Source: Oligoflexales bacterium (GTDB taxonomy: Bacteria > Bdellovibrionota_B > Oligoflexia > Oligoflexales > Bog-1112). Taken from it: a DNA stretch of 64,000 nucleotides. The stretch covers positions 2,320-66,319 of the forward strand of contig JAGNWK010000004.1 of NCBI GenBank assembly GCA_017985985.1, read 5' to 3'. Positions 43,433-52,589 of this stretch are shown here, piece after piece; the first letter of the stretch is position 1, and each line of letters begins with the position of its first letter. Made by a program: the position numbers and the translations under genes. The notes below the pieces were generated by a model. The model did not search any database and was not told the origin of the DNA. It saw nothing but the letters and a program-made list of their open reading frames with translations.

Positions 43433-44068
43433 ATGAATGAAGCGTCTTCGACAGACATTGTAACAGTGCTTTTGTCTATGACAGAGTGGGGTGCGGAGTG
43501 GGTCCTCTGGCTATTGATTGCGCTCAGTGTTTTATCCATCTCTATCATTTTTGAGAGAGCTTTTTATTTCTGGCGTTCGCGTTTGGACTTCTCTAGCTTC
43601 AGTCAAAATCTCGGGGAGTTTTTAAGCACTCAGCAATTTGAAAAGGCTATCTGGCTTTGTGAAAACAGTCGATCTTCTGAAGCTCTTGTTGCCCTAAAAG
43701 GTCTGCAAAATAGAGAGAAGGGAGCTAGCGCAGTTGAGCACCTTATGGAAGGATTTGCTCTCAGTCAGAAACAGAAGTGGGATCGGGGGCTCGTCGTATT
43801 AGGAACCCTGGGGAACAACGCTCCCTTTATCGGTCTTTTCGGGACGGTGATAGGTATCATCAAAGCCTTTCGTGATCTGTCCGTAAACCCACAGGGGGGG
43901 GCTTCTGTTGTCATGAGTGGTATTTCAGAAGCACTCGTAGCGACAGCCGTCGGTCTGTTGGTAGCTATCCCTGCAGTGATTGCTTTCAATGCCTTCAGTC
44001 GCATGGTGAAAAAACGAGTTGCACATTCGCAAGCCATTATAAAAATGATCACAGCTCTTAGTGTGTAG
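43433..44068 (+). CDS. exbB: MotA/TolQ/ExbB proton-channel family protein
   Basis: Has GTLGNNAPFIGLFGTVIGIIKAF and ISEALVATAVGL. The ATG at 43433 is preceded by AAGGAGG. Confidence 0.85.
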   Translation: MNEASSTDIVTVLLSMTEWGAEWVLWLLIALSVLSISIIFERAFYFWRSRLDFSSFSQNLGEFLSTQQFEKAIWLCENSRSSEALVALKGLQNREKGASAVEHLMEGFALSQKQKWDRGLVVLGTLGNNAPFIGLFGTVIGIIKAFRDLSVNPQGGASVVMSGISEALVATAVGLLVAIPAVIAFNAFSRMVKKRVAHSQAIIKMITALSV

Positions 44069-44101
44069 GGTTTCTTAGGAGAGCCAGCTGTTCTTTCATT
44101 A

Positions 44102-44139
44102 GGGGGAACCAGCTGCGTAGTTTCCCTAACCCTCCTTGC
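44102..44139. repeat. Family B REP-like element, copy B5 (between exbB and exbD)
   Basis: GGGGGAACCAGCTGCGTAGTTTCCCTAACCCTCCTTGC. Confidence 0.8.
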
Positions 44140-44166
44140 TAATTGAATGAACCAAACGGAGGACTT

Positions 44167-44583
44167 ATGTCGCATTCTAGTGATGACGAGGAAGAGATCA
44201 CCAGTATCAACGTTACCCCTTTTGTCGATGTTATGCTTGTGCTCCTGATTATCTTTATGGTTACGGCGAGCTATATAGCAAACCGATCGATTGGTATCCA
44301 GCTGCCGAAAGCAGAGACTTCGGATGCGAGTTCGGAGAGTGCTCGCAATTTAGCCTTTACTTTAGATGCCCAGTCCCAGCTCTCAATCGATGGAAAGCAC
44401 CTAGACTTTGCTTCGATACCAGACGAGATTGCAGCCAGCCAGAAAAAAAACCCGGATAAGCCCCTGTCAGCCATTATTTCCGCGGACAAGTTGACCCCTC
44501 ATGGTGATGTCGTAAGGCTCATAGATATGATAAGAAAACATGGAATAACAGATTTTGCTATCCATGTGGAAGTGAGCCCTTGA
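44167..44583 (+). CDS. exbD: ExbD/TolR biopolymer transport protein
   Basis: Has INVTPFVDVMLVLLIIFMV. The ATG at 44167 is preceded by GGAGG. Confidence 0.85.
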   Translation: MSHSSDDEEEITSINVTPFVDVMLVLLIIFMVTASYIANRSIGIQLPKAETSDASSESARNLAFTLDAQSQLSIDGKHLDFASIPDEIAASQKKNPDKPLSAIISADKLTPHGDVVRLIDMIRKHGITDFAIHVEVSP

Positions 44584-46043
44584 CCGATTCGGATCAGTCC
44601 TTAAACCATGAGATATGTAGGCAGCACGTCTACGAGGATCTTTTTTCTCCCCAGAAAGAAGATAGGGCGCAGCTTTCCGTAGGTCTTGAAATTGAAATGC
44701 TGCCGCTGATCTTGTCTGGGGCAGATACCCCTCGGCCCATGCCCCTTTACAGTTCTGCCGACGAGCCCAGATCTCGTTTGACTCTCGACCAGCAGCTGCG
44801 AGACCTTGCCGCTAAAAAAGCTTGGACCTGTCTCGACGATCATAAAGGTTTTTTGCTGTCCTTATATTTAGAAGGTAAGGCCGAAACCCTTACGTTTGAA
44901 CCAGGTGGGCAACTCGAATTTTCATCAAAACCCTACCAAAGTCTCACTCTATGTGCGCAAAGAGTTCTTGAAGTCCAAAAAGATTTGAATGAGCAACTTT
45001 CCACTGGTTCCATACTTTTACAGACAGGGATCAACCCCTGGCACAGTCCGGAAGAGATTGGACTCCAAGTCAAGAAGTCTCGCTACAAGGCTATGGACCA
45101 GTACTTCTCCCAGATCTCGCCCTTTGGCCGGCGCATGATGAGACAGACTTGTTCCATTCAGATGTCGCTGGACTGGGGTTCCTCTGATGGCGTAATGGCT
45201 CAACGATATGGGGCTGCTCAGTTTTTAGCTCCCTGGGGTACAGCCCTTTTCGCTAATTCCCCATTTCTGGATGGTTCTCATCCGAATAACGTTTTGAGTC
45301 ACCGCGCTCTGTCTTGGAGGCGGCTTGATGGGAGTCGAACAGGGTTTTTATGGGGACTTGCAGGACTGAAACCCAAAGGGATTGAAGAAAAATTTGCTTC
45401 GAAGGCCTACTGGGCGGAAAGCTATCTTCAGTTCGCTTTAAATGCTGGAGTCGTGTTTATCGAAAGGGCAAGCTTCCAGGAAGGCTACACGGTCCCTAAC
45501 CGACTCCTTCGCTTTAAGGATTGGATGGAACATGGTTACCTAGGGATACAGCCTACGTCTCAAGATTTTCTGACCCATCTCAGCCTGCTTTTTCCCGAGG
45601 TCAGACCAAAGGGGCATTTTATGGAGTTGAGATCTGTCGATGCCCAGCAATCTTTCTTGCAGTTTACTCCAGCTGCTTTCTACCTTGGTTTGCTTTATGA
45701 TCAGAAAAATCTAGACCTGATTTCAGAGCTTTTACCCAGTCAGCTTGATGTTATGTCAAATCGTTTAGAAAAGGCTGTATTCGGCCTGCAGGATCCTGTG
45801 ATACATGGTCAAGCTTCGAGGCTCTTACAGATGTCGTTGGAAGGACTTGAACGCTTACCCGCGGGCTATGTAAGTGCGGACATTCGGAGCTCTCTCGAGT
45901 ATTTTTTTGAGAGCCACACCGGACAACAGAAGACGCCAGCAGATCGACTGCTCAGTATGGTGCAGGGAAGGTCTGGGGCTTTCCCGAGCTTAATGGACTT
46001 TGAGAACTTACAAAATGAGGCGAACTATGGACGAAAACCATAA
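44580..46043 (+). CDS. Glutamate--cysteine ligase-like protein (GCS2 / plant-type or carboxylate-amine ligase family)
   Basis: 487 aa with GLEIEM (metal/Glu-binding strand), FANSPF and ELRSVD blocks. The TTG start overlaps the exbD stop and there is no nearby ATG. The subfamily is not resolved. Confidence 0.6.
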   Translation: MTDSDQSLNHEICRQHVYEDLFSPQKEDRAQLSVGLEIEMLPLILSGADTPRPMPLYSSADEPRSRLTLDQQLRDLAAKKAWTCLDDHKGFLLSLYLEGKAETLTFEPGGQLEFSSKPYQSLTLCAQRVLEVQKDLNEQLSTGSILLQTGINPWHSPEEIGLQVKKSRYKAMDQYFSQISPFGRRMMRQTCSIQMSLDWGSSDGVMAQRYGAAQFLAPWGTALFANSPFLDGSHPNNVLSHRALSWRRLDGSRTGFLWGLAGLKPKGIEEKFASKAYWAESYLQFALNAGVVFIERASFQEGYTVPNRLLRFKDWMEHGYLGIQPTSQDFLTHLSLLFPEVRPKGHFMELRSVDAQQSFLQFTPAAFYLGLLYDQKNLDLISELLPSQLDVMSNRLEKAVFGLQDPVIHGQASRLLQMSLEGLERLPAGYVSADIRSSLEYFFESHTGQQKTPADRLLSMVQGRSGAFPSLMDFENLQNEANYGRKP

Positions 46044-49000
46044 GCGCGACAAACTTGCTAGACCGAACCTCCTCAATGAAATGATAAACATGCAGTCGAA
46101 TTTCACCGGTCACCGTTCGGCCCCGGATGCGGAGCTGAGTTTGAGTGAATATGACGCAGAAAAAAAAGGAGAAGATCTTGAAGCCTATGTCGAGGATATC
46201 GCCGACACGGTCAGAATGGGCCTCGACCAGAGCATAGCTGTTCTGACCCCCTGGTTTTTTAACAATATGCCCATGATCTACTATCAAACGACCCCACGGA
46301 CTGAGAAAGTTCGGCATTTATCTTCGATTATTAGTGGGCATATCTTCGAGACTAAGCAAACGGTTGAGCTCTGGAACCGAGACAAGACCAAAGTCACATT
46401 CATCGGCCCCGGGAACGATAGGAAAATTCTAGTAGATATGGCGAGAAGACTAGGTTCTCTAGAGCTTAAACTCGGAGCTATCTACTTCTCGCATGATAAT
46501 CTTCTCTTTTTGGCGACTTTTTTAGCCAAGGGGTTTAGAAAACCAGACTCTGCGAACACTCATATCCAAACCAAACTAGCGGCTGTTCGAGAGGTTATTC
46601 TTAAGGATTATGCAGGCTCTAAGGAAGAGGTGGAACACTTTCTTAAATATCTTGACCATGACTTCATTGCTCATGGTACGACAGCTCGTATCCAGAATGT
46701 CTTCCATATGGTCCGCTACATGATGTCTCATGAGAGCTCTCATAGCTTCTTTGAGCTTGAGGAAGATGCTCTCAATGCTCGACTCACCATTGGCTATAAG
46801 GAAGTTCGGACTGTCGATATCCTTGAAAACATACTTCATCTCGTTAGTCGTTATGGTTTTGATATCGTTCGTTCGTTTGTCGTGCAGTTTGATGAGGGAT
46901 ATAAAGAATCCATCAATGTGATGAGTTTTGTTTTAAAGAAAAGAGATGGGGAAAAAATTGATCCTCAGCATGTCTCTGTTAAAAAGCTGATCAAGGCTCT
47001 TCGAACTCTTGGTTGGGTCGATTCAGATGACTATGCCGGATTCACTCACGAGCCGCATCTCTTCTCGATCAATGCGGCTAACTATATTCGGAGCATTGCT
47101 TCTTGGGTGCACATCATTCTGAGCAAGAAAAATCCGTACTACTATTCAGAGTATAAAATTTTTACGAGTTTTCTTACCCAATCGGAGATCACATCTGATC
47201 TTATCGAGTTGTTTCGTGATCGCTTTGACCCACTCTATCAACAAGAGCAAGAGGGTGGATATGCGAAGAAGAAGGCAGATATCTTAAAGAAAATGGACGA
47301 GCTGCTAGATCCTATTGAGAAGAGCATCTTCCAAGAAAGTGTTAATTTCACGGATCACATACTCAGAACAAATTATTTTTTTCCAACAAAAACAGGGCTG
47401 GCTTTTAAGCTCTCACCAGACGTGCTCGACCCGACGTATTATCCGCAAAAACCGTTTGGGATTTTTTATGTGGTGGGGAGGGATTTCCGTTTCTTCCAAG
47501 TTCGCTGGAGGGAGATTGCGAGAGGGGGCTTGCGAGTTGTCATTCCCAAAAATAAAAGTGACTACAGCTATGCTCTTGCGGGGCTCTTTGATGAAGTATA
47601 TGGACTGAGTCTTGCTCAGCAGTTGAAGAATAAGGATATCCCAGAAGGTGGTTCTAAGGCCGTTATGGTTCTTAAACCAGACACGAATCGTATTCGTGCC
47701 GTTAAGGGAGCCATCAATGCGTTTCTTGATCTTCTCGTCCGGGAGGACGAGTCTCATGAGGAAAGGCATAGCCGCTTGCTTAGCGGTGATAGTGCAGATG
47801 ATATTATTTACCTCGGACCAGATGAAAATCTTACGAACGAACTGATTGTATGGATTTCAGAGCAGGCACATAGGAGAGGCTATCCTTATGCTCGAGCCTT
47901 TATCTCTTCGCGGCCTGGTGCTGGTATCAATCATAAAGAGTACGGGGTGACTTCAGAAGGTCTCCAGGTTTTTCTCGATCATATGTTGAAGTTTCTAGAG
48001 ATTGACCCTAGGCAGTCTAAGTTTACCATCAAAATGACAGGGGGCCCGGACGGGGATGTTGCTGGAAATGCCCTCAAAATCCTTCACCGGGAATATGCCG
48101 AGAACGCTCGGATTGTCACCATAGCAGATGGTTTTGGAGCGGCTTACGACCCAGATGGATTAAACTGGGACGAATTGTTACGCCTGGTAAAGACAGGCAG
48201 CCCTATCTCACATTTTAATAAGCAGAAGCTGTCAAGCCCCGAGGCTTTTGTGATTTTGGCAGATACAGCTGAAAATATGAGAAGGCGAAATGAACTTCAT
48301 TTCGCAGTCCCTGCTGACATTTTTATCCCTGCAGGGGGAAGGCCCTATACGGTGAACTCGAAGAACTGCTTGAAGTTCCTCGATGCGGCAGGGAGCCTTA
48401 CTTGTAAGGCCGTGGTGGAAGGAGCTAATATTTTCTTCACCTCGGACTCTCGCCCTATCCTTCAAGAAAAAGGCCTGCTTTTCATCAAGGATTCTAGCGC
48501 TAATAAAGCGGGGGTGATTTGCTCTTCTTTTGAAGTGATCGCCTCTCTTATTTTAACAGAGCAAGAGTTTTTAGAGCTCAAAGCTATCTATGTAAAGCAG
48601 GTGGTCGACATACTTCGGAAGAAGGCTGATCTTGAGGCAAATCTACTTTTTCGGGAATATCAAAGAAATCAGGCTCGAACATCTCTGGTGGATCTCTCTT
48701 CGAGTATTTCGAAAGAGATCAATTATGTGACAGATGTGCTGCTTGAGACGTTTGCGCAAAGGAAGGAGGAGGTTTTAGGTGGAGCTCTCTTTCAAAAGTG
48801 TATCTTAAAACACTGCCCTGAAATTCTCGTTGAGAGATATAAAGACAGACTGATTCACAATCTCCCAGAAGCTCATAAAATTGCCATTTTGTCGGCCTAT
48901 ATGGCGAGCTATGTTGTCTACAGTGAGGGTTTGGGTTGGTTGGGTAATATGGATAAAGAAGAATGCTATCGGGCTGTCGTGACTTATATGAAACATGTGG

Positions 49001-49122
49001 AAGAAGCGGAGCTTCTCATCTCTGAGATCGAAAAATCCAAACTTTCCCATAAAAAGGAGATTGTCTCCATATTGAAAAAAAGTGGAGCTAGAGAGCTTAC
49101 CATCTTGGAACTAGAAAATTAG
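46027..49122 (+). CDS. gdh: NAD-specific glutamate dehydrogenase, large (about 115 kDa) class
   Basis: Has IPEGGSKAVMVLKP, KEYGVTSEG, TGGPDGDVAGN, IPAGGRP, VEGANIFFT and DSSANKAGVICSSFEV. The start is uncertain among 46000, 46015 and 46027; all overlap the upstream gene. Confidence 0.85.
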   Translation: MDENHKRDKLARPNLLNEMINMQSNFTGHRSAPDAELSLSEYDAEKKGEDLEAYVEDIADTVRMGLDQSIAVLTPWFFNNMPMIYYQTTPRTEKVRHLSSIISGHIFETKQTVELWNRDKTKVTFIGPGNDRKILVDMARRLGSLELKLGAIYFSHDNLLFLATFLAKGFRKPDSANTHIQTKLAAVREVILKDYAGSKEEVEHFLKYLDHDFIAHGTTARIQNVFHMVRYMMSHESSHSFFELEEDALNARLTIGYKEVRTVDILENILHLVSRYGFDIVRSFVVQFDEGYKESINVMSFVLKKRDGEKIDPQHVSVKKLIKALRTLGWVDSDDYAGFTHEPHLFSINAANYIRSIASWVHIILSKKNPYYYSEYKIFTSFLTQSEITSDLIELFRDRFDPLYQQEQEGGYAKKKADILKKMDELLDPIEKSIFQESVNFTDHILRTNYFFPTKTGLAFKLSPDVLDPTYYPQKPFGIFYVVGRDFRFFQVRWREIARGGLRVVIPKNKSDYSYALAGLFDEVYGLSLAQQLKNKDIPEGGSKAVMVLKPDTNRIRAVKGAINAFLDLLVREDESHEERHSRLLSGDSADDIIYLGPDENLTNELIVWISEQAHRRGYPYARAFISSRPGAGINHKEYGVTSEGLQVFLDHMLKFLEIDPRQSKFTIKMTGGPDGDVAGNALKILHREYAENARIVTIADGFGAAYDPDGLNWDELLRLVKTGSPISHFNKQKLSSPEAFVILADTAENMRRRNELHFAVPADIFIPAGGRPYTVNSKNCLKFLDAAGSLTCKAVVEGANIFFTSDSRPILQEKGLLFIKDSSANKAGVICSSFEVIASLILTEQEFLELKAIYVKQVVDILRKKADLEANLLFREYQRNQARTSLVDLSSSISKEINYVTDVLLETFAQRKEEVLGGALFQKCILKHCPEILVERYKDRLIHNLPEAHKIAILSAYMASYVVYSEGLGWLGNMDKEECYRAVVTYMKHVEEAELLISEIEKSKLSHKKEIVSILKKSGARELTILELEN

Positions 49123-49130
49123 GTTTTTTT

Positions 49131-49175
49131 GGGAGAAACCAGCTGCGCAGTTTTCTCCCAAACCCTCTTCCTTGC
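49131..49175. repeat. Family B REP-like element, copy B6
   Basis: GGGAGAAACCAGCTGCGCAGTTTTCTCCCAAACCCTCTTCCTTGC, just after the gdh stop. Confidence 0.75.
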
Positions 49176-49215
49176 AGTCTAAATCATTTACCACTGGGAA
49201 TTAGAAAATTAGTCC

Positions 49216-50469
49216 ATGGATCATTTACTGTTTTTGTTTATATTTTTAAAAGTCATCTTCTGGGGGCTAGAATTCTTTCTATCTTCTCTGAATAAATCTT
49301 ACTACAGCGACAAGCAGAGGCAGGAAAGTGCTTGTCGTGTTCTTGATATCGGAGAGGCCGAGTTTGCTAAGACTTTTGCCTATACACAAGCAAAACATAG
49401 CTACGCTGTATTCTACGATACTTGTTCGCAGGTGCTTCTTCTCCTCTTTCTTGGACTGGGTGGCCTGGCTTGGGTTGAGGGATTGAGCTTCTCCCTTCCG
49501 TCTTCCTACGGTCTCAGTACAGGGCCTATTCTGCGAGGGCTTTTTTTCTTCGGTATTTTGGGGGCCTTATCTTCCTGTCTTTCTCTACCTTTTGAGCTTT
49601 ATTCGACTTTTAAAATTGAAGAGAAGTTTGGCTTCAATCGTCAATCTCTCTCGCAGTTTTTTGTCGACAAGGTGAAAGGCTTGTTTTTAGGCGTTTTGCT
49701 AGGAAGTGTTCTACTGGCAGCAGTGCTCTATGTGATGGAGTCGAGCGCTTACTGGTGGCTATGGGCCTGGCTCCTTATGAGTGCTTTTAGTCTGCTGCTG
49801 ATGTGGTTGTTCCCAGCTGTCCTTGCTCCTCTCTTTAATAAGTTTAGTCCCCTGCCAGAGGGAGAGCTGAAAGAAAAGATTCTTCAACTGTCTAATAAAA
49901 TTGGATTTAGAAGTTCAGGCCTTTTTGTCATGGATGCTTCCAAGAGGTCTTCCCATGGGAATGCTTACTTTACCGGGCTTGGAGCTGAAAAACGGATCGT
50001 TCTCTTCGACACTTTGCTTGAGTCTTTGAGCAATTCAGAGATTGTCGCTGTCTTAGCTCACGAATTGGGCCATTTCAAACTGGCGCATGTTCGAAGAAAT
50101 ATGATTCGAAGTTTGGTCAGCACGGGACTGCTTTTTTATCTGATGCAACTGTGTTCGGGAGAGGAGGCTTTTTTCAAGGCTTTTTCCTTAGCGGGTTTGA
50201 GCTCGTATGGAACCCTGCTGGTGTTCTCCTTGTGGTGGGGAGTGGTGGATTTCTTCCTTGGGCCTTTGACGTCCTGGCTGTCTCGTCGAGATGAATTTGC
50301 AGCAGATGCCTTTGCCAGGCAGCATCTGGGGTCTGCCCATGCGGATCTTGGTTCTGCTTTGATTAAGCTTCAGAAATCTAATTCGAGCATGCCTCTTATG
50401 CACCCGCTGTACTCATCCTTCTACGCCTCCCATCCTCCTATATTAGAGAGGCTCGAAGCCCTTAAATAG
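49216..50469 (+). CDS. M48-family zinc metalloprotease, Ste24 (CAAX prenyl protease 1)-type
   Basis: A multi-TM N-terminal domain followed by AVLAHELGHFKLAHV (HExxH). 417 aa with the FGFNRQS block. Confidence 0.85.
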   Translation: MDHLLFLFIFLKVIFWGLEFFLSSLNKSYYSDKQRQESACRVLDIGEAEFAKTFAYTQAKHSYAVFYDTCSQVLLLLFLGLGGLAWVEGLSFSLPSSYGLSTGPILRGLFFFGILGALSSCLSLPFELYSTFKIEEKFGFNRQSLSQFFVDKVKGLFLGVLLGSVLLAAVLYVMESSAYWWLWAWLLMSAFSLLLMWLFPAVLAPLFNKFSPLPEGELKEKILQLSNKIGFRSSGLFVMDASKRSSHGNAYFTGLGAEKRIVLFDTLLESLSNSEIVAVLAHELGHFKLAHVRRNMIRSLVSTGLLFYLMQLCSGEEAFFKAFSLAGLSSYGTLLVFSLWWGVVDFFLGPLTSWLSRRDEFAADAFARQHLGSAHADLGSALIKLQKSNSSMPLMHPLYSSFYASHPPILERLEALK

Positions 50470-51575
50470 TGAGAAGTAGGGGAGGGGAGTGTGAGGGGAG
50501 GGAACGGCCCCTCACGATGGAGGGAGTCTTCCATACGAAAAGGCGATCTGTACTGTGCTTCAAAGCCAAGATTTTGGGCATAATTTAGGATGGCTTTAAA
50601 ATCGTGCGAAATTTTAGCCCCTGCTTTTTCCGTGACTTCATCCTCGACAGGAAGGTCAAAATCATCAGCCCCATAGCGTAGTCCTAATAATCCTTCTTCA
50701 TTCTGTGTTAGGACAGATGTTCTTATATGTTTGAAATTATGGAGATAAATTCTACAAATGGCGAGCCAACGAAGATACTCGTCGCGAGAGATCTCTGTTC
50801 CGCCTAGCTCTGTATGATAGGGCTTGTAGGTCCAGCAAAGGAAACTGGGTAGGGCTCTTGGGCTGCTGGCTTGGAAGTTCCGCAGTTTTTGCAAGTGATT
50901 GAATCTTTCCTCGAGGCTCTCGTCAAAGCCGATCACCATCGTGGCTGTGGATCCGAGGCCGGCCTCTAGGATGGCCTTTTGGGCGGTGTAGTAGTCGTCG
51001 ACTCGGAACTTCCCTGGGCTGTGTCTTTTACGAAAGCTATCATCAAGGATCTCAGCTCCCCCACCTGTAACCCAGTTTGTCCCCGATCTGCGTAGGAGCT
51101 CTGCACCTTGTTGGTAGGATAATTTCGATAATTTGCACGAGAACATGAACTCAGCCACGGTCATCTCGAAGAAGGTCAGATTTGGATAACGCTTGTGGAT
51201 AGCTTCAAACATGGCGGCATAATGCTCAAGGCGGAGTTTGGGGTGAAATCCTCCATTGAAGCTGACCAGTGTTCCTCCAAACGCAAGAAGTTGATCAATC
51301 TTAGCAAATAATTCCTCCTCACTGAGGAGGTAACCCCCTTTCTCATGGGGGAGTTTATAGAAAGCGCAGTAGTCACAACGAGCGACACAAATGTTCGTGT
51401 AGTTGACGATGGCCATAACGAGGTAGCTAGCCTGGTCAGGCTTATGCCATAGGGCCTTAGCTTGGGTGGCGAGCTGGGAGAGCTGGTCAAGGCTGGCGTG
51501 CTTATAGAGCCAGGTGGCCTCCTTCACGCTAATCCCTGATTTTAGCGCTATTTTTTGGCTGATAGTCTCTATCAT
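50421..51575 (-). CDS. MqnC/MqnE-family radical SAM enzyme (futalosine pathway), stand-alone paralog
   Basis: Has NYTNICVARCDYCAFYK (CxxxCxxC), GGFHP, and TGGGAEIL..FRKRHSPGK. The 3' end overlaps the convergent Ste24 gene by 49 nt. Confidence 0.82.
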   Translation of the reverse strand: MIETISQKIALKSGISVKEATWLYKHASLDQLSQLATQAKALWHKPDQASYLVMAIVNYTNICVARCDYCAFYKLPHEKGGYLLSEEELFAKIDQLLAFGGTLVSFNGGFHPKLRLEHYAAMFEAIHKRYPNLTFFEMTVAEFMFSCKLSKLSYQQGAELLRRSGTNWVTGGGAEILDDSFRKRHSPGKFRVDDYYTAQKAILEAGLGSTATMVIGFDESLEERFNHLQKLRNFQASSPRALPSFLCWTYKPYHTELGGTEISRDEYLRWLAICRIYLHNFKHIRTSVLTQNEEGLLGLRYGADDFDLPVEDEVTEKAGAKISHDFKAILNYAQNLGFEAQYRSPFRMEDSLHREGPFPPLTLPSPTSHYLRASSLSNIGGWEA

Positions 51576-51605
51576 ATCGCTTCCTCTCTCGTGTGCAGGA
51601 AAACG

Positions 51606-51634
51606 TTGTCTTGTAGAAGTTCTTATTGTATGCT
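51606..51634 (+). promoter_or_regulatory. Candidate sigma70-type promoter for rplS
   Basis: TTGTCT (51606..51611), a 17-bp spacer, then TATGCT (51629..51634), about 65 nt upstream of the rplS ATG. This is a pattern match only. Confidence 0.3.
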
Positions 51635-51700
51635 GCCGAATTCAAGACAGATGAGTCGCCTGTCCATGAGAACCATAACTTCAAATCGTGAAAAAGAAAT

Positions 51701-52129
51701 ATGAAAAATGAGATTCTAGCTCGCTTTGAACAGCGAATACTCTCCAAAACCAAGAAGCACCCTTCCTTCCGACCAGGCGACAGAGTCCGCCTCCACTATA
51801 AGATTGAGGAAGCGACAAAATCTGACAAGGGTGAAGCAAAATTCAGACTTCAAGTTTTTGAAGGTGTCTGCCTCCGATTCAGGAAGGGGCTCACAGATGC
51901 AACCTTCACTCTTAGAAAAATCGGTGCAAACGCTGTTGGTGTGGAACGTATTTTTGCTCTTTGTTCCCCCTTCATCGATAAAATTGAATTGATTTCCGGT
52001 GGACGAGTTCGTCGTTCTCGTCTCTACTATTTGAGAAATCTCTCTGGTAAAGCGGCCCGAATTCGTTCTCGAAGACTAGTGGTCCAAGACACAGTCTCAG
52101 AGCAAGCTGCTGGTGCAGCAGAAGCTTGA
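51701..52129 (+). CDS. rplS: 50S ribosomal protein L19
   Basis: Has FRPGDRVRLHYKI.E......RLQVFEGVCL......G...TFTLRKI..GVGVERIF...SP.I..IE pattern. There is a C-terminal extension. Confidence 0.92.
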   Translation: MKNEILARFEQRILSKTKKHPSFRPGDRVRLHYKIEEATKSDKGEAKFRLQVFEGVCLRFRKGLTDATFTLRKIGANAVGVERIFALCSPFIDKIELISGGRVRRSRLYYLRNLSGKAARIRSRRLVVQDTVSEQAAGAAEA

Positions 52130-52157
52130 GCCAGGTGGGCTTAGCTCGGTATCTTTG

Positions 52158-52186
52158 ATCAGGTCTTTAAGGCCTGATTTTTTTTC
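52158..52186 (+). terminator. Rho-independent terminator after rplS
   Basis: Stem ATCAGGTC / GGCCTGAT (8 bp, one G-U), loop TTTAA, followed by an 8-T run. Confidence 0.75.
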
Positions 52187-52343
52187 GCCCGTTTCTTCCC
52201 TAAAATCAGCAATACTTTCAGACTGCTAGCCTGGTCTTCGCGGCATAAAACGCCCAGTAATTTTTACCGATTCTAGCCTGCAAAAGATTTTTTATAATGG
52301 AGCTATCACTGCTGATCAATAGACTCAGTACTTGGGAGTTCCT

Positions 52344-52589
52344 ATGACGGTGCAAGTCGACAAAAGGATGTTCGCATCTGCTTTACGGGAGTTAGGACAC
52401 GATCCTTCTCAATTTGAAGGGCAGAAGCTCTCTCTGGAAAATATGGCTCAGATCTATGAGTTTGAAACAGACGCGCTCCTTGAGGCTATCGAAAAGAAAG
52501 CTCTCAATGCCCATTACGACTACAAGCACGACCATATTTGGATCGATGCGTTGGAAGCAGCTCATTTTTACTACTGCGTTTACGGTTGA
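52344..52589 (+). CDS. Small hypothetical protein
   Basis: 81 aa from the ATG at 52344, with GGGAG 5 nt upstream. I recognise no family. Confidence 0.45.
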   Translation: MTVQVDKRMFASALRELGHDPSQFEGQKLSLENMAQIYEFETDALLEAIEKKALNAHYDYKHDHIWIDALEAAHFYYCVYG

